A stretch of DNA of 64,000 bases from Octopus vulgaris (Eukaryota): assembly GCA_951406725.2 (NCBI GenBank), contig OX597826.1, forward strand, positions 70,556,001 to 70,620,000, in the 5' to 3' direction. Below, piece by piece: positions 12,405-26,550 of this stretch. A program made the translations under genes and the position numbers. The notes below the pieces were generated by a model. That model did not search any database, was not told the origin of the DNA, and saw nothing but the letters and a program-made list of their open reading frames with translations. Within the stretch, counting starts at the first letter, position 1. Every line of letters begins with the position of its first letter.

Positions 12405-12920
12405 TAGATCGACCTCAGTACACAACTGGTACTTAATTTATCGACACTAAAATGGTGAAAGACAAAGTCGACCTTGGTGGAATTTGAACTCAGAACGTAA
12501 AGACGGACGAAATACCTATTTCTTTACTACCAACAAGGGGCTAAACACAGAGAGGACAAACAAGGACAGACAAACGGATTAAGTCGATTACATTGGCCCC
12601 AGTGCGTAACTGGTACTTTATTTAATCGACCCCGAAAGGATGAAAGGCAAAGTCAACCTCGGCGGAATTTGAACTCAGAACTTAGCCTCAGACGAAATAC
12701 CAATTTCTTTACTACCCACGAGGGACTAAACACAGAGTGGACAGACAAACGGATTAAGTCGATTATATCGACCCCAGTGCGTAAATAAGATTTAATCGAC
12801 ACCAAAAGCATGAAAGGCAAAGTCGACCTCGGCGGAATTTGAACTCAGAACGTAACGGCAGACGAAATACGGCTACGCATTTCGCCTGGCGTGCAAACGT
12901 TTCTGCCAGTTCGCCGCCTT
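12405..12920 (-). mobile_element. SINE B multimer (one head, three tandem bodies)
   Basis: Repeated gaactcagaac...gacgaaatacc(t)atttctttactac units; head gttcgccgcct ends at 12920. Confidence 0.85.
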
Positions 12921-13049
12921 ATTGTTATTGTGTATCAAATAATTCTAACCAAAATTTAAACATTAAAGGTTTCTTTATATGGGAGGTAACTCTAGCTATC
13001 TTTACAGCGTTCTACTTTTACGTAATCAATTCTATCTGCTATCGAAAGA

Positions 13050-13335
13050 CGACGGCGAGATGGCAGAATCGATACCGCGCCGAGGAAAAATTGCTTGCAG
13101 CATTTCGTCGGCCGTTACGTTATGAGTTCAAATTCCGCCGAGGTCGACTTTGTCTTTCAACCTTTCAGGGTCGATAAATTAAGTACCAGTTACGCACTGG
13201 AGTCAATGTAATCGACTTAATCCCTTTGTTTGTCCTTGTTTGTCCCCTCTTTGTGTTTAGCCCCTTGTGGTCAATAAAGAAATAAGAATCGTTACCGCGC
13301 CGAGGAAAAATTGCTTGGCAGCATTTCTTTCGAAT
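13050..13335 (+). mobile_element. SINE B variant, paralog of 9125-9395
   Basis: agaatcg.taccgcgccgaggaaaaattgcttgcagcatttcgtcggccgttacgttatgag, near-identical to the 9125 copy. Confidence 0.8.
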
Positions 13336-13337
13336 TT

Positions 13338-13771
13338 GCACCACCACCTCCACCATCTCCACCACCACCTCACAACCGGTGTTGGTGGTGGTGGTGGTGG
13401 AAGTGACCGTAGTGGAAAAAGTGGTGGTGGTGGTGGGTGGTGGTGGAAATGGTGGTAGTGGAAGTGGTGGTGGTGGTGATGGTGGAAGTGGTGGTAGTGG
13501 AAGAGGTGGTGGTGAAAGTGGTGGTGTTGTGGAAGTGGTGGTAGTGGAAGAGGTGATGGTGGAAGTGGTGGTAGTGGAAGTGGTGGTGCTGAAAGTGGTG
13601 GTGGTGGAAATGGTGGTAGTGGAAGTGATGGTGGTGGTGGTGGTGGAAGTGGTGGTGGTGGAAGTGGTGGTGGTGGAAATGGTGGTAGTGGAAGAGGTGC
13701 TGATTGTGGAAGTGGTGGTGGTGGTGGTGGTGGAAGTGGTAGTGGAAGTGGTGGTGGTGGTGGTAGTGGTG

Positions 13772-13802
<31 letters not shown>

Positions 13803-13992
13803 TGGTGGAAGTGGTGATGGTAGTGGAATGGTGGTAGTGGAAGTGGTGGTGGTGGGGTGGTGGTGATGGTGGTGATGGTGAACGTAGAGGTGCTGAACGT
13901 GGTGGCAGTGGTAATGGAGGTAGTGATGGTGGTGGTGGTGGAGGTGGTGTTTTTGTGAAGCTCCAAGCCAATCACGACCACCACCACCACCT
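13338..13992. repeat. (CCA)n / (GGT,GGA,AGT)n low-complexity triplet tract
   Basis: Direct reading; strand polarity switches at about 13378. Confidence 0.95.
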
Positions 13993-14046
13993 TCAAGACG
14001 TTTGATTTAAAACCATTTCAATTGGCTTTTGTTTAACCGTGGTGAG

Positions 14047-14080
<34 letters not shown>

Positions 14081-14101
14081 CGGTCAAAATAAGTAACGGT
14101 A

Positions 14102-14360
14102 TATGGCCTTGTGGTTACGGTGCTGCATTCATGATTGCAGGATCGAGGTTTCGATTCCCGGGCCAGGAGGTGCATTGTGCTCTCGAACAAAACCACTTCG
14201 TTTAACGTTGCTCCAGTCCATTCAGCTGTGAAGAGGTTCCAGCAATTGCAGGGGAAATAACACTGCGACGGACTGGCGTCCCGTTCAGGAGCGGTGTTCT
14301 ACTCTCGATCACTTCTACGCTATGAAAACAAAAACCGGGTGACCGGCCTTATGAGACACA
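14102..14360 (+). mobile_element. Diverged SINE family D
   Basis: tggccttgtggtta...gtttcgattccc...acgttgctccagt...gcgacggactggcgtcccgt...aaaccggg..ttatgag, homologous to 22116-22373. Confidence 0.7.
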
Positions 14361-14387
14361 AGACTCGAGACAGTAATGTCCAGGGGT

Positions 14388-14660
14388 TGCTGCTTCTGCT
14401 GCTGCTGCTGCTGCTGCTTCTACTACCACTGCTGCAGATGCTGGCACTGCTGCTGCTGTTGATGATGATGATGGTGATGATGTCGACGACGACGACGATG
14501 ATGATGATGATGATGACGATGGTGATGACGATGGTGATGATGATTGATGACGATGATGATGATGATGACGATGGTGATGACGATGACGATGATGATGATG
14601 ATGACGATGGTGATGACGACGATGATGATGATGACGATGGTGATAATGATTGATGGTGGT
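14388..14660. repeat. (CTG)n and (GAT/GAC)n triplet repeats
   Basis: Direct reading. Confidence 0.95.
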
Positions 14661-14879
14661 CAAAATGGTTGAATAACTATGGCGTGATATTTTTGTTCTT
14701 GTTTCTAATTAGCTCCACGTTATTCCGTTATTCCGATAGAAGGCATTCCAATCATGACCATCTCGTATCATTTCCATTTGTATGTACAAAGATTCCAGGA
14801 CCAGGTTATTCAAGGTGTAATTCCTTTTAGGTGATGAGGTGCGATATGAGAGAAAGATAGATAGATAGATAGATAAGAA

Positions 14880-14911
<32 letters not shown>

Positions 14912-14918
14912 ATAGAAA

Positions 14919-14979
<61 letters not shown>

Positions 14980-15442
14980 GACGTGTGGCTGCTATTTCTA
15001 GCAAGTTGACATACCACTTTGAGGCTTCTTTGAATGATGTAGCGTAAAGATCTCTTCTAACTGTCTTTAAATCATATTACGACAACGGATATAAAAAACA
15101 ATCACGAGTAATTTCTAGCAATTAATGGCAATTACTAAGCTAAGCGACATCCATCCAATCTTATTAAGCTCCAAAGTATTCTGTCTATATAACACTTTGA
15201 GAGATTACCACGCTGATAATGGACGTGATGTGTCTGATAGAAAACAACAGATACAGCACGTCCGTCAACATCGAAGATACACACAAATATATACGGAGGT
15301 AACTAGTGTCCAAATAGATAAACGAAATATAAGCGGTGAGATCATATCCACTTAGAAGAGCGCTGAGAATCTCCTTCACAGACGACGTGCGAAATAAGTA
15401 AATAAAACAACTGATTATCGAAGGAATATTCTGACGAACTAA

Positions 15443-15820
15443 TCTATATATATAAAGCTGAAGTTGTCTGTGTGTGTGGCAGGTTTGGTAGCCTTCAACT
15501 AATACTATCTCCTCCGAGACCCTGCGGCGCAAGTTGACCAAAATTGAGAGTATGATAGAGGAAGGCTTACTCTTAATTCAAATCGGACCATGTTAACACC
15601 AAAAATTATTTACATCAAAACGGTGCTTTTTTTTCTATGAAAATCCCTATTTTTTTACGATTTTTTGACTGCTGTGTCGCCATTTTTCGATGTATTTCAA
15701 CCAGAAAAATGTTCACTTAAAGAGAATAACAAGCTACATAATGCAAAAGTCTTGCTTTTTCAAAAATTCCAATTCTAAAGGGTTGAAACAAACCCGATCA
15801 ATGCCGGGCGATACTGCTAG
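15443..15820 (+). mobile_element. Non-autonomous Helitron
   Basis: A|TCTATATATATAAA...CCCGATCAATGCCGGGCG hairpin ATACTG CTAG|T; termini shared with the 4861 and 23084 copies. Confidence 0.85.
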
Positions 15821-16014
15821 TAAATAAATAAATAAGACGAGTGATTATCGAGGGAATATTCTGACAAACCAATACACAAATATAAAAAGGAAATATGAGA
15901 CTCAGTAATACGCCTGGCATCACATATGTTAAAAGCTAAGATACACACACGACGACATATGAAATGGATTATGGGACTCGAATGCAAACTCACTATACAA
16001 TAAAAGAAAAACAT

Positions 16015-16232
16015 TCTTTTACTCTTTTACTTGTTTCAGTCATTTGACTGCGGCCATGCAGGAGCACCGCCTTTTAGTCGAGCAAATCGATACCAGGACT
16101 TATTCTTTGTAAGCCTAGTACTTATTCTATCGGTTCCTTATGCCGAACCGCTAAGTTACGGGGACGTAAACACACCAGCATTGATGGTCAAATGATGTTG
16201 GAGGGACAAACACAGACACACAAACATATACA

Positions 16233-16298
<66 letters not shown>

Positions 16299-16462
16299 CG
16301 ATGGGCTTCTCTCAGTTTCCGTCTACCAAATCCACTGACAAGGCTTTGGTCAGCCCGGGGCCAAAGTAGACGACACTTGCCCAAGGTGCCACGCAGTGGG
16401 AATGAACCCAGAACCATGTGGTTGGTAAGCAAGCTACTTACCACACAGCCACTCCTGCGCCT
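16015..16462 (-). mobile_element. SINE A, full length
   Basis: Tail cttttactc at 16015 through head cactcctgcgcct. Confidence 0.9.
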
Positions 16463-18394
16463 ACTTACCACACAAATAAAAAATTAAAATTTACAAAAAC
16501 CTACATATTATTAATTTTATATGAATGTTTACAGACATAAGTTACGTGAAAATTTAGTTTTTGCAGATTTTTATTTAAAAATTTTTTAATTTTTTATTTA
16601 TATTAATTTTATTTGAATCAAATTATGGCTTGCACAGTAAGGTCCGGCGAATCTGTTTACACATACACATACTTATATGCTAAAATTAAAACATAGTATT
16701 TGGTATCGAACTATGATAAAGTTATTTAAAGACCTGATGATTGGGGTTACATTTCAAGAAAGGTTCCTGTTAAACACTGCGTGCTTAAGAAACCATAAAA
16801 GAACCTCAAGAAACAGGTGTAGCAGAGAAATGAGTAGTAAGTATTAAATTCAATTATAATTCTTTTATATGGTGTGATGAAGGGGACTACTATCTCTAAA
16901 TAACATATATATTTCCTCATTGAGAATAATTTGAACCCCTGTGATGCCGGAATTTTCATTCCCTAATAAATAAAATAATATATACATATAACATACAAAA
17001 TGGGACAAGAACGCAAAACATCCGGACAGTTAGGTGATACAAAAATGGGACAACAAAACATCGAGATAGACGATACAAAGAAAACAAGGACGAGTCATTC
17101 GAAGTTTTCTTTCCTCAGTCAAGTACCAGATTATCTTCGCAATATCGGCTGATTATACTTGAGATTGCCTCATACTGGCCGGCTCCAAGAAAAAATTAAG
17201 CTAAGAGCATTAGATTCCTTGGAAGAGAGCAGCGAATGTATACAAAAACAAGGACGGAAACAAACGGATGTTACACACACACACACACACACATACACAC
17301 ACACAATCACACACACACACACATATACTTACCTATATGTCAACGTACATGTATATCTATGTATGTATGCATATATGCATATATGCACACACTCAAGCGT
17401 ATGATGGGTTCCCGCAGAGGTTTCGTCCAGTAAATTCCTTTCATAAGGTATTGCTCAAGGCAAACCTACCGCAGAAGACATTTGGCTAAGTTATTGTGCA
17501 GTGGAGCCGAACCCCAAAACGTGACTGCGCAGCGCATTTATTAAACACACACAAACACAATAAGTCGAGTCAGTAAAACTCTTTTAGATTTCATTACTTT
17601 TAACAATGCACAGATGGTCTAAGGCGGTGTTCCGGGCCGCAGTCAAATGACTGAAACAAATAAATGAATAAAAGACAGCTTCGTATTTGTTATCGAACAA
17701 TAGTTATCGGAAGAGCTGGAATATAATTTAATGGGTTTTTTTTTTCGAAAGCTGGCTATATTAATCACATGAAATTGCATTCATAATCACAGAAACGATC
17801 TATGGACAACAATCTCTCACTTTCATGTTTGCAATATTCTATTCGTACATTGCGCAGTAAAATATATTAATTCAAGCCTGGACTGCAAAGACGTGCACAT
17901 GTAATTTTCCACTCTCAGAACCAACCAATTCTTGTAGAGGTACTGAGTTTTCCCTGTCTTGTTTGCACCAGGCATTGTAAAATGGTGTAAATGGGGAATC
18001 AGGGAGACAATATTTAGTTTAACATAATCGCGAACATATCAAAATATCAAAGATCATCAGTACATCGAGATTTGATTGATTGCAAATCCGGGTGAAATGC
18101 CTTCGTCTCGTTGCTGATCACATTGTAAAAATCTTTAGCCAACATCTTACAGGTTTTTAGAAAGTAAAAAGTAAACTAAAAACTAACCTAAAGCAATCTC
18201 CCTTGTAAATTACACCCCAAAGGAACAGCAAAGATTTATTCCAAACGTTTGAGAATTTGAGAACCGAAACCCCAAAACACTGTCATCTTCAAAACGGATC
18301 TACCGCGACTGGAAGCCTTTTGTCATATATCTGCTTGATGAGGGTTAACGTATCTCTGTTTCTAGTGCACCAGAGGATAATATGATATCAGACA

Positions 18395-18680
18395 AGGCGA
18401 CGGGGTAGTAAAATCGTTAGCATGCCGGACAAAACGTCCTTGGCAGCATTTCGTCCGCTTTTATGATCTAAACTCAAATTCCACCGAGGTCGATCTCCCT
18501 GCTATTCCAGGCCTTCTTCCAATAGTAGAAAAGCTTATTATTTTAAAGACGGCGAGCTGGCAGAATCGTTAACACGACGGAGTAAAATGCTTAGCAACAT
18601 TTCTTCTAGCTTTACGTTCTGAGTTCAAATTCCGCCGAGGTCTAGTTTTGCCTTTCATGCTCTCAAGATTAACAGAATGA
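18395..18680 (+). mobile_element. Two diverged SINE B copies
   Basis: ggcgagctggcagaatcgttaac...gagttcaaattccgccgagg. Confidence 0.65.
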
Positions 18681-19423
18681 ATACCATTTGAGCAATATCA
18701 TCAACTAGCCTCCCCCTCCCTCCCTCCCTCCCTCTCTCCTCCATAACTTCAGACGGACCTATATTGGAAAGGCTACGATAATATCCGACATTGCGTTTGA
18801 CATCAAACCAGCTCTTATATCTATCTACCGTCTCTTTAACCCAGCAAATTGTCCAGATATGCCTATCTTTCTCCTTCACTCTCTATCTTACATTCTTTTC
18901 CCCCATTCCCTTCTCTCTTTTGTTACCATAGCAACAAATATAACAGTGAAGTTGTTTGGCTGAGAACTAATTCAATCAGCTTATCCAAACGAAATTTCCG
19001 CAAGCCTCGGGTGCGTACATGTGTGAGTGTGTGTACCAAACTAATTATATTTAGATCTCTTAAGCTTTTTGCTGTCTGCCATTTGTACTCCCCCTTCTTC
19101 CCCCTGTCGTCTGTTTAAAATATTTTTGGTGTAATTGTTCAAAATGCAACTGGAATGGCAAAAACGGCAGAACCGTGCTTTGTTGAAGTCTGTAGTTAAG
19201 TTTTTTTTGACGTCATGAGGAATTTAATTACCACCGGGGGCAGAGTGGACAGTGATTGCATTATTTTTTTCCTCTCCCTCTCACCCACTCACTTTCGCTC
19301 TGCCACTCTTCTTCTCTGTCACCCCCTCTTCTGTCTTCTCCTTCCTCCTCCTATGCTTCTTCTCCGTATAGACCGGTCATCAACCAGGATCAATCAAATA
19401 AGTATCAGTCAAGTACTACGTTG

Positions 19424-20105
19424 CACATACACATACATACATACATACATACATGCATACATAGATACATAGATACATGCATACATACATATATAAAAGC
19501 ATACATACACACACATACGTACGTACATATACACATACAGACATACACACATACACACATACATACACACACATACATGCACACACATGCGCACATACAT
19601 ATACGCATTCATGCATATATGCAAACATACATACATACATACGTACATACACATACATACATGCATACACACATACATACATATATAAAAGCATGCATAC
19701 ATGCATACATGCATACATGCATACATGCATACATACATATATACATACATACACCCACATACACACACATGCGTACATACATATACGCATAAATGCACAT
19801 TGCGTACATACATATACGCATACATGCATACATACGGGCATAAAAATATATACATACATACATAAGAGCAGGCATACATGCATACACACATACGTACGTA
19901 CATGCACGCATACCATACATACATACATACATACATTCACATACATACATACACAAGCGTACTTACATATACGCATGCATGCATATATGCATACATGCAT
20001 ACATACGTGCCTACACATACATACATTCTTACACAGAATACATGCATACATGCTCGTATACATGCATACATGTGTATATATACTTACATAGATATAATAC
20101 ACATA
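19424..20105. repeat. Degenerate (CATA)n/(CA)n microsatellite
   Basis: Direct reading. Confidence 0.95.
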
Positions 20106-20239
20106 AAGTACAGCCAGCCATTGCTGGCAAACAAGTATGGTTTGCTAGCACGTACCATACTTTCGCTAATTGTTTTATAAGCCTACATTGTCGCGGGCAG
20201 AGACACAGATACTGTTTTAGCCATAATGTATGTTTGTGA

Positions 20240-20855
<616 letters not shown>

Positions 20856-21250
20856 CCAGTGTATGTGTCTCTGCGTGTGTGTATTCCACAGTTATTTTGA
20901 AAACTATAAGCTTTTTGAATGTTTATCGAGAAAAAAAGAAATAAGTAATTTAAATGGAAAGCGTAAGATTTTTAAGATGGTGTAAAGTCCACATTCGTAG
21001 GACTAAAGTTTCGGTCTTAGGAGGGAGCATCTTTGAAAACTATATTCTTTTTTATCATGTCTTCTATCTTGAAAAATACATACATACATGCATACGTCAA
21101 GGCGACAACAATATTATCAATGGGAGGAAATTAATATATATTGATATATATTTAAAATAATATAAATTAATTAATCTTATGTATTGGCTTAAGTTTTTCA
21201 TTGTATGATTTGCCTAATAGTGGTTTTATCTCTAATTTAATATATATACA

Positions 21251-21302
<52 letters not shown>

Positions 21303-21640
21303 GAAAGAATGGAGTTGAACGACGATTTAACAAAATTCCTTATGTAGCTTCAACCGTGTTTTCTGACGTGAATTTGCTACCCGGGTATCGGTTAACCGAA
21401 TTATCCATACTAGGATAATTCTTTCAACTACTTAAATATATTTATATATATATATAATACAAAATTAGAAAATGGAGAAACATACTTAAATCAATCAAAT
21501 ATCAACCATCAGATGATACCCAATCAATACTTCATTACACCATTACATAACAGTAAAGGCATTATACAAAATATATAGTAAATATAATTAGACAATGAAA
21601 TAGACATATAAAATATAAAATATAATATATAATTATATCA

Positions 21641-21756
21641 TATCTGACAGCTGTTTCGGCCGTAAGGGCAAGCATGCCTCATTTAACCTATAAGCCATAT
21701 AAGGCAGGTATAAATGAGACATTAACAAGGATGCCCCACGGCCTCTTCAGAGAATT
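21641..21756 (-). ncRNA. Type I hammerhead ribozyme with a very long stem II, within a (TA)n-flanked Penelope-like relic
   Basis: Minus strand: ttct-CUGAAGA-ggccguggggca...ugcccuuacggcc-GAAA-cagcu-GUC|agau; stem III palindrome ACAGCUGU. Confidence 0.75.
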
Positions 21757-22077
21757 TAATTTATTATAAGTGTGAAAAAAATTTTTTTATACATATAAAT
21801 ATAAAAATATAAAATATAAAAACGTGTGCATAGACACTCATAATACTACACATATATATATATACTCATTAATACAATAATACAAAATAAACAAAACAAA
21901 ATATATCAATATATATTAACAAACACAGTTATTCTACATATTGGGCTACTAGTTCTAAAAACTAACACACAGGAAAATATATGCACACTCACACATTACT
22001 ATTAATATACGCACATATGCACACATTACTATTAATATTAATAATAATAATAATAATAATAATATATATATAATATA

Positions 22078-22110
<33 letters not shown>

Positions 22111-22115
22111 ACATG

Positions 22116-22373
22116 AATAAATAAATGCACCCTTTTTAAAGCCTAGCCAGGCTCATGGGCTCGGTTTCCCGGTTTCTATGGCGTATCTGTTCCCCAGTTG
22201 GACGGGACGCCAGTCCATTGCAGCGTTACTCATTTTTGCCAACTGAGTGAACTGGAGCAACGTGAAATGAAGTGTTTTGCTCAAGAACACAACGCGTCGC
22301 CCGGTCCAGGAATCGAAACCACAATTTACGATCATGATGCTGACACCCTAGCCACTAAGCCACGCGCCTCCAC
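22116..22373 (-). mobile_element. tRNA-derived SINE family D, full length
   Basis: Head GGAGGCGCGTGGCTTAGTGG...GTTTCGATTCC, CORE-like GTTGTGTTCTTGAGCAAAACACTT, ATGGACTGGCGTCCCGTCCA module, (TTTA)n tail. Confidence 0.8.
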
Positions 22374-22565
22374 ACACACATATACACACACACGCACACG
22401 CACACACGCACACACACACACACGCACACACGCACACACGCACACACACATATATATTTGCCGATATGAGTATACAAATATGTATATACGCATAAATATA
22501 TATATATACATACATACATACATACATGCATACATACATACATACATACATACGTACATACATAC

Positions 22566-22599
<34 letters not shown>

Positions 22600-22985
22600 C
22601 ACGCATACTGGTAGAGGTTTGGAGACAGCAGGTAAAGACAAATAAATGTGGTGTACTATGTAAGACATCGTGTAAATCAATAAACGATTATTTAAATAAC
22701 ATAATACTTTACTTAGTGAACGACAACGCACCGGGTGACTGTGGGTGACGGTTATGTTCAGTTCTTTCCTTATACACCTCGTAAACTCTATTGCTCAGCA
22801 GCCATACCTTGTGAAGTGGTGGGTGTTATTAGGGAAAGAAGTTCAAGGAAAAACGATAGCAGTTACTGGGAAAAGTGGTTGGTGGAAATAAATCGAATGA
22901 AGACATTATCCTTTGGTGATGGAACATCTGACTTTGTATGTTCGAATAAAGGTGTGATACTTATGAATGACAAAGAGAAGGCTGA

Positions 22986-23083
<98 letters not shown>

Positions 23084-23084
<1 letters not shown>

Positions 23085-23353
23085 TAGCAGTATCGCCCGG
23101 CGTTGCTCGGGTTGTATAACGATATAAGATTTCAGAGAGTTATAGCAAAAATGCATTAAAAATGGGAAAAAAATTGGTAATTTTTTAAAAATCGTTGACT
23201 CATCGTAGACATTTTTGAGAGTTACTTCCAGAAGGCTCGATATGAATCCCGACTATAAGATACCCGGTTTTGGTTAAACTGTACCGTAAAATGTGAGTAG
23301 TTAGGAATCTAAATCGTGGAGACAGATACACAACTTGACTTTATATATAAAGA
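23084..23353 (-). mobile_element. Non-autonomous Helitron (internally deleted relative of 4861-5373)
   Basis: A|CTAGCAGTATCGCCCGGCGTTGCTCGG...TTTATATATAAAGA|T, with shared internal blocks. Confidence 0.85.
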
Positions 23354-23590
23354 TATCTGTCTGTGTGTATGTGTGTGTCTTCTAGGATCTCGGGCATCCT
23401 CCATCCGATTGCGCTCAAATTTGATATGTTGATACCGATGGTATCAGGGCGTGTATAAGTCTTGACAAAATTACAAAAATCGATTCCAGGTGAGAATGAT
23501 CGATAAAGCATATTTGTGTGAATAAAATCGTTTTTCTTTGGAATAGAAAAAAAATCTATCTTTATTTTATAAGTCTATCTTTAAAAGTCT

Positions 23591-23641
<51 letters not shown>

Positions 23642-23654
23642 GTGTGTGTATATG

Positions 23655-23851
23655 TTTGTGTGTTTGTGTTTGTCCCCTCAACATCGCTTGACATCCGATG
23701 CTGGTGTGTTTACGTCCCCGTAACTTAGCAGTTCGGCAAAAAAGACCGATAGAATAAGTACCTTTCCATTCTTCATGAGCGTCAAACTATTACATCTGCT
23801 TGTTGTTCCTACACCTGTCTTCATCTTTCGTTTTCTGTAAATTGGAACTCT

Positions 23852-23884
<33 letters not shown>

Positions 23885-24225
23885 TATATATACATACATA
23901 CACACAAACGACGGGCTTCTTTCAGTTTCCGTCCACCAAATCCTCTCACAAAGCTTTCGTCGGCCCGAGGCTATAGTTGAAGACACTTGCCCAATATGCT
24001 ATGCAGTGGGACTGAACTCGGAATCATGTGATAGGGAAGCTAGCTTTTTACCACACAGCCGCGCCAAGCCCTCGTAACTTAGCTGATGGACAAAAACTAC
24101 CGCTGGAATAAGTATCAGGTTTTATAAGAAAAATAAGTACTAGAGTCTATTTCTCAGACTAAAAACCTTCAAGTCGGTGCCCCAGCATGGCCGCAGTCGA
24201 ATGGTTGAAACAAGTAAAAGATGGA
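23655..24225. mobile_element. Cluster of SINE A fragments in both orientations
   Basis: 23655-23760 (+), 23905-24065 (-), 24075-24225 (+). Confidence 0.7.
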
Positions 24226-24537
24226 AGATGACAAATAAATGATTCATACATACACACACACACATATACATACGTACACATGTACATATACATTCATAGA
24301 TAGACAAACAGGTCTCTTGTACTGTCTTGTTCCTCCCCACAACTACGAAACTCTATAAAATGATTAAATTCCCCCACAAAGGAATTAATTTGATTTGAAA
24401 ACCCCACTAGAATGGGAGAAAGCGCTAATAATCTGAATGATATGATCTGAATGATATGATATATATATGTAAAAAATGTAATATATAAATAAATATCTAT
24501 AAATATGAACCATCCGATCTTCTGATTACCTCATTTC

Positions 24538-24645
<108 letters not shown>

Positions 24646-24747
24646 CAGAATGACCAATAACTAATAATGTATATAAGGGCATATGAATGGATTTATATAC
24701 ATACTTACATATATACGCATATGTATGCGTGTGTATATTTCTGTGTG

Positions 24748-24804
<57 letters not shown>

Positions 24805-24815
24805 GTATATATGTA

Positions 24816-24894
<79 letters not shown>

Positions 24895-24912
24895 ATATAC
24901 ACACACACACAC

Positions 24913-24963
<51 letters not shown>

Positions 24964-25549
24964 TATATATATATACTTATGGCAATGCATACATATGTAA
25001 GGAAACATCATTCAAGTAGATAATGTATTAAATTCTCATATATTTAATCTCATTGAGAATATAACCTGTGGGTATACTACAGTCGTTTCAGCTGTTAAAG
25101 CCAAACATTGTCAGGAGTCGCTTACCTCATAATTTAATTGAATACGAAAAATCTATCTTATGTATAATGTTACCAAACTTTTAAAGTGCAAAGAAATGGC
25201 GTAAGGTTAATGACCGTAATACAATGACAACAGTACACTTCCGGTGTTGGTTATTTATAAATTGTCTAAAACACTTTTCCATATATATATGTTTCAGTGA
25301 CTTCTCTTCAGTTCGTACATTCAAACACTGACGCAAACATGTATACATATGTAGACATATGCAAGTACATATGCATGTAAATGCATGTGTTTGAATGTAC
25401 ATATATATATTATTGATATATATATTATTGATATATATATATTTATATATAGAGTTAATCCAAACAAGAAAGCACAACAACACAACAACGCGAGGACGTG
25501 GAACAAATATAGTATTATTGGACGCTCAGGAAAGAAGGAAAGAAGGTGG

Positions 25550-25584
25550 GTTTAACGTTTCGAGCGGAGCTCTTTGTCGGAAAC
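25550..25584 (-). ncRNA. Minimal (dimer-type) hammerhead motif with a degenerate core
   Basis: Minus strand: guuu-CCGACAA-a-gagc-ucc-gcuc-GAAA-c-GUU|aaac; U4C and G8A deviate from consensus. Confidence 0.45.
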
Positions 25585-25661
25585 ATAGGCGAAGGAAAGA
25601 TCCAGAGAAGGGAAGACAGAGGAAAAAAAGTCACCAACGGTACACACGCGGTCACATTTTG

Positions 25662-25697
<36 letters not shown>

Positions 25698-25815
25698 TAT
25701 ATACAACTTATAACTTCAATATCCATACATATCTTGCATCTATTTCCTTCCTCCACTTCACTCTCTATTTTGTATCCCATCTAAGCTAACTATGACTTAG
25801 CCATCCTCTCACGCC

Positions 25816-25867
25816 GTCTCCGATGAAGGGATATAATTAATAAATATCCTAGAAACAGCTGTAAGAC
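25816..25867 (+). ncRNA. Type I hammerhead ribozyme (U4C core variant) in a short interspersed element (~25745-25935)
   Basis: gucu-CCGAUGA-a-gggauau-(loop)-auauccu-a-GAAA-cagcu-GUA|agac; stem I gucu/agac, palindromic stem III. Confidence 0.7.
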
Positions 25868-25944
25868 CTTCTATCTATAAATGTTCTAATATCTACACAG
25901 CCTTGGTTTTTATCTTATTACGCAAAAAATTCTTATATATATAT

Positions 25945-26195
25945 AGGCGCAGGAGTGGCTATGTGGTAAGTAGCTTGCTTACCAACCACATGGCTCTGGC
26001 TTCAGTCCCACTGCGTGGCACCTTGGGCAAGTGTCTTCTACTATAGCCTCGGGCCGACCAAAGCCTTGTGAGTGGATTTGGTAGACGGAAACTGAAAGAA
26101 GCCCGTCGTATATATGTATATATATGTATGTGTGTATATGTTTGTGTGTCTGTGTTTACGCACCCCCAACATCGGTTGACAACCGATGCTGGTTG
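25945..26195 (+). mobile_element. SINE A, 3'-truncated
   Basis: Complete head through gacaaccgatgctgg. Confidence 0.85.
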
Positions 26196-26407
26196 TCCAT
26201 TCTGATTGAACTAGTACTTTCATGCATTAAACTACGCAATCTTCAGGTTCATGTAGTAGTGGTGACAGTTATGTTTTACATATGCGTGTGTATGTGTATG
26301 TACGTAATTATTCAGTTTTATTTCAAGATTTCTTGACAATAGAGAAAGAGCCGGTTTCTAACCTAGAGCCAAGTCTTCTTCATGGGAATTTCAACATCAA
26401 CAACAGG

Positions 26408-26409
<2 letters not shown>

Positions 26410-26438
<29 letters not shown>

Positions 26439-26550
26439 TGTATGTATGTATGTATGTATGTGTGTATGTATGTATGTGTGTATGTGTGTATGTATGTATG
26501 TATGTATGTATGTATGTATGTATGTATGTATGTATGTATGTACGTACGTA
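26410..26550. repeat. (TATG)n microsatellite
   Basis: Direct reading. Confidence 0.95.

Noticed and set aside
16728-16776. gac-CTGATGA-ttgggg..tttcaa-GAAA-ggttcct-g hammerhead-like motif
   Set aside because: Stems II and III are plausible but position 17 is G or deleted; at best a decayed HHR
17085-17125. Minus-strand CTGAGGA-aag..ctt-cGAAT motif
   Set aside because: Lacks GAAA and stem I pairing
25070-25320. Minus-strand GAAAcgactGTA and CTGAAGA..GAAAcatat motifs
   Set aside because: Incomplete cores or no NUH triplet; probably decayed PLE ends
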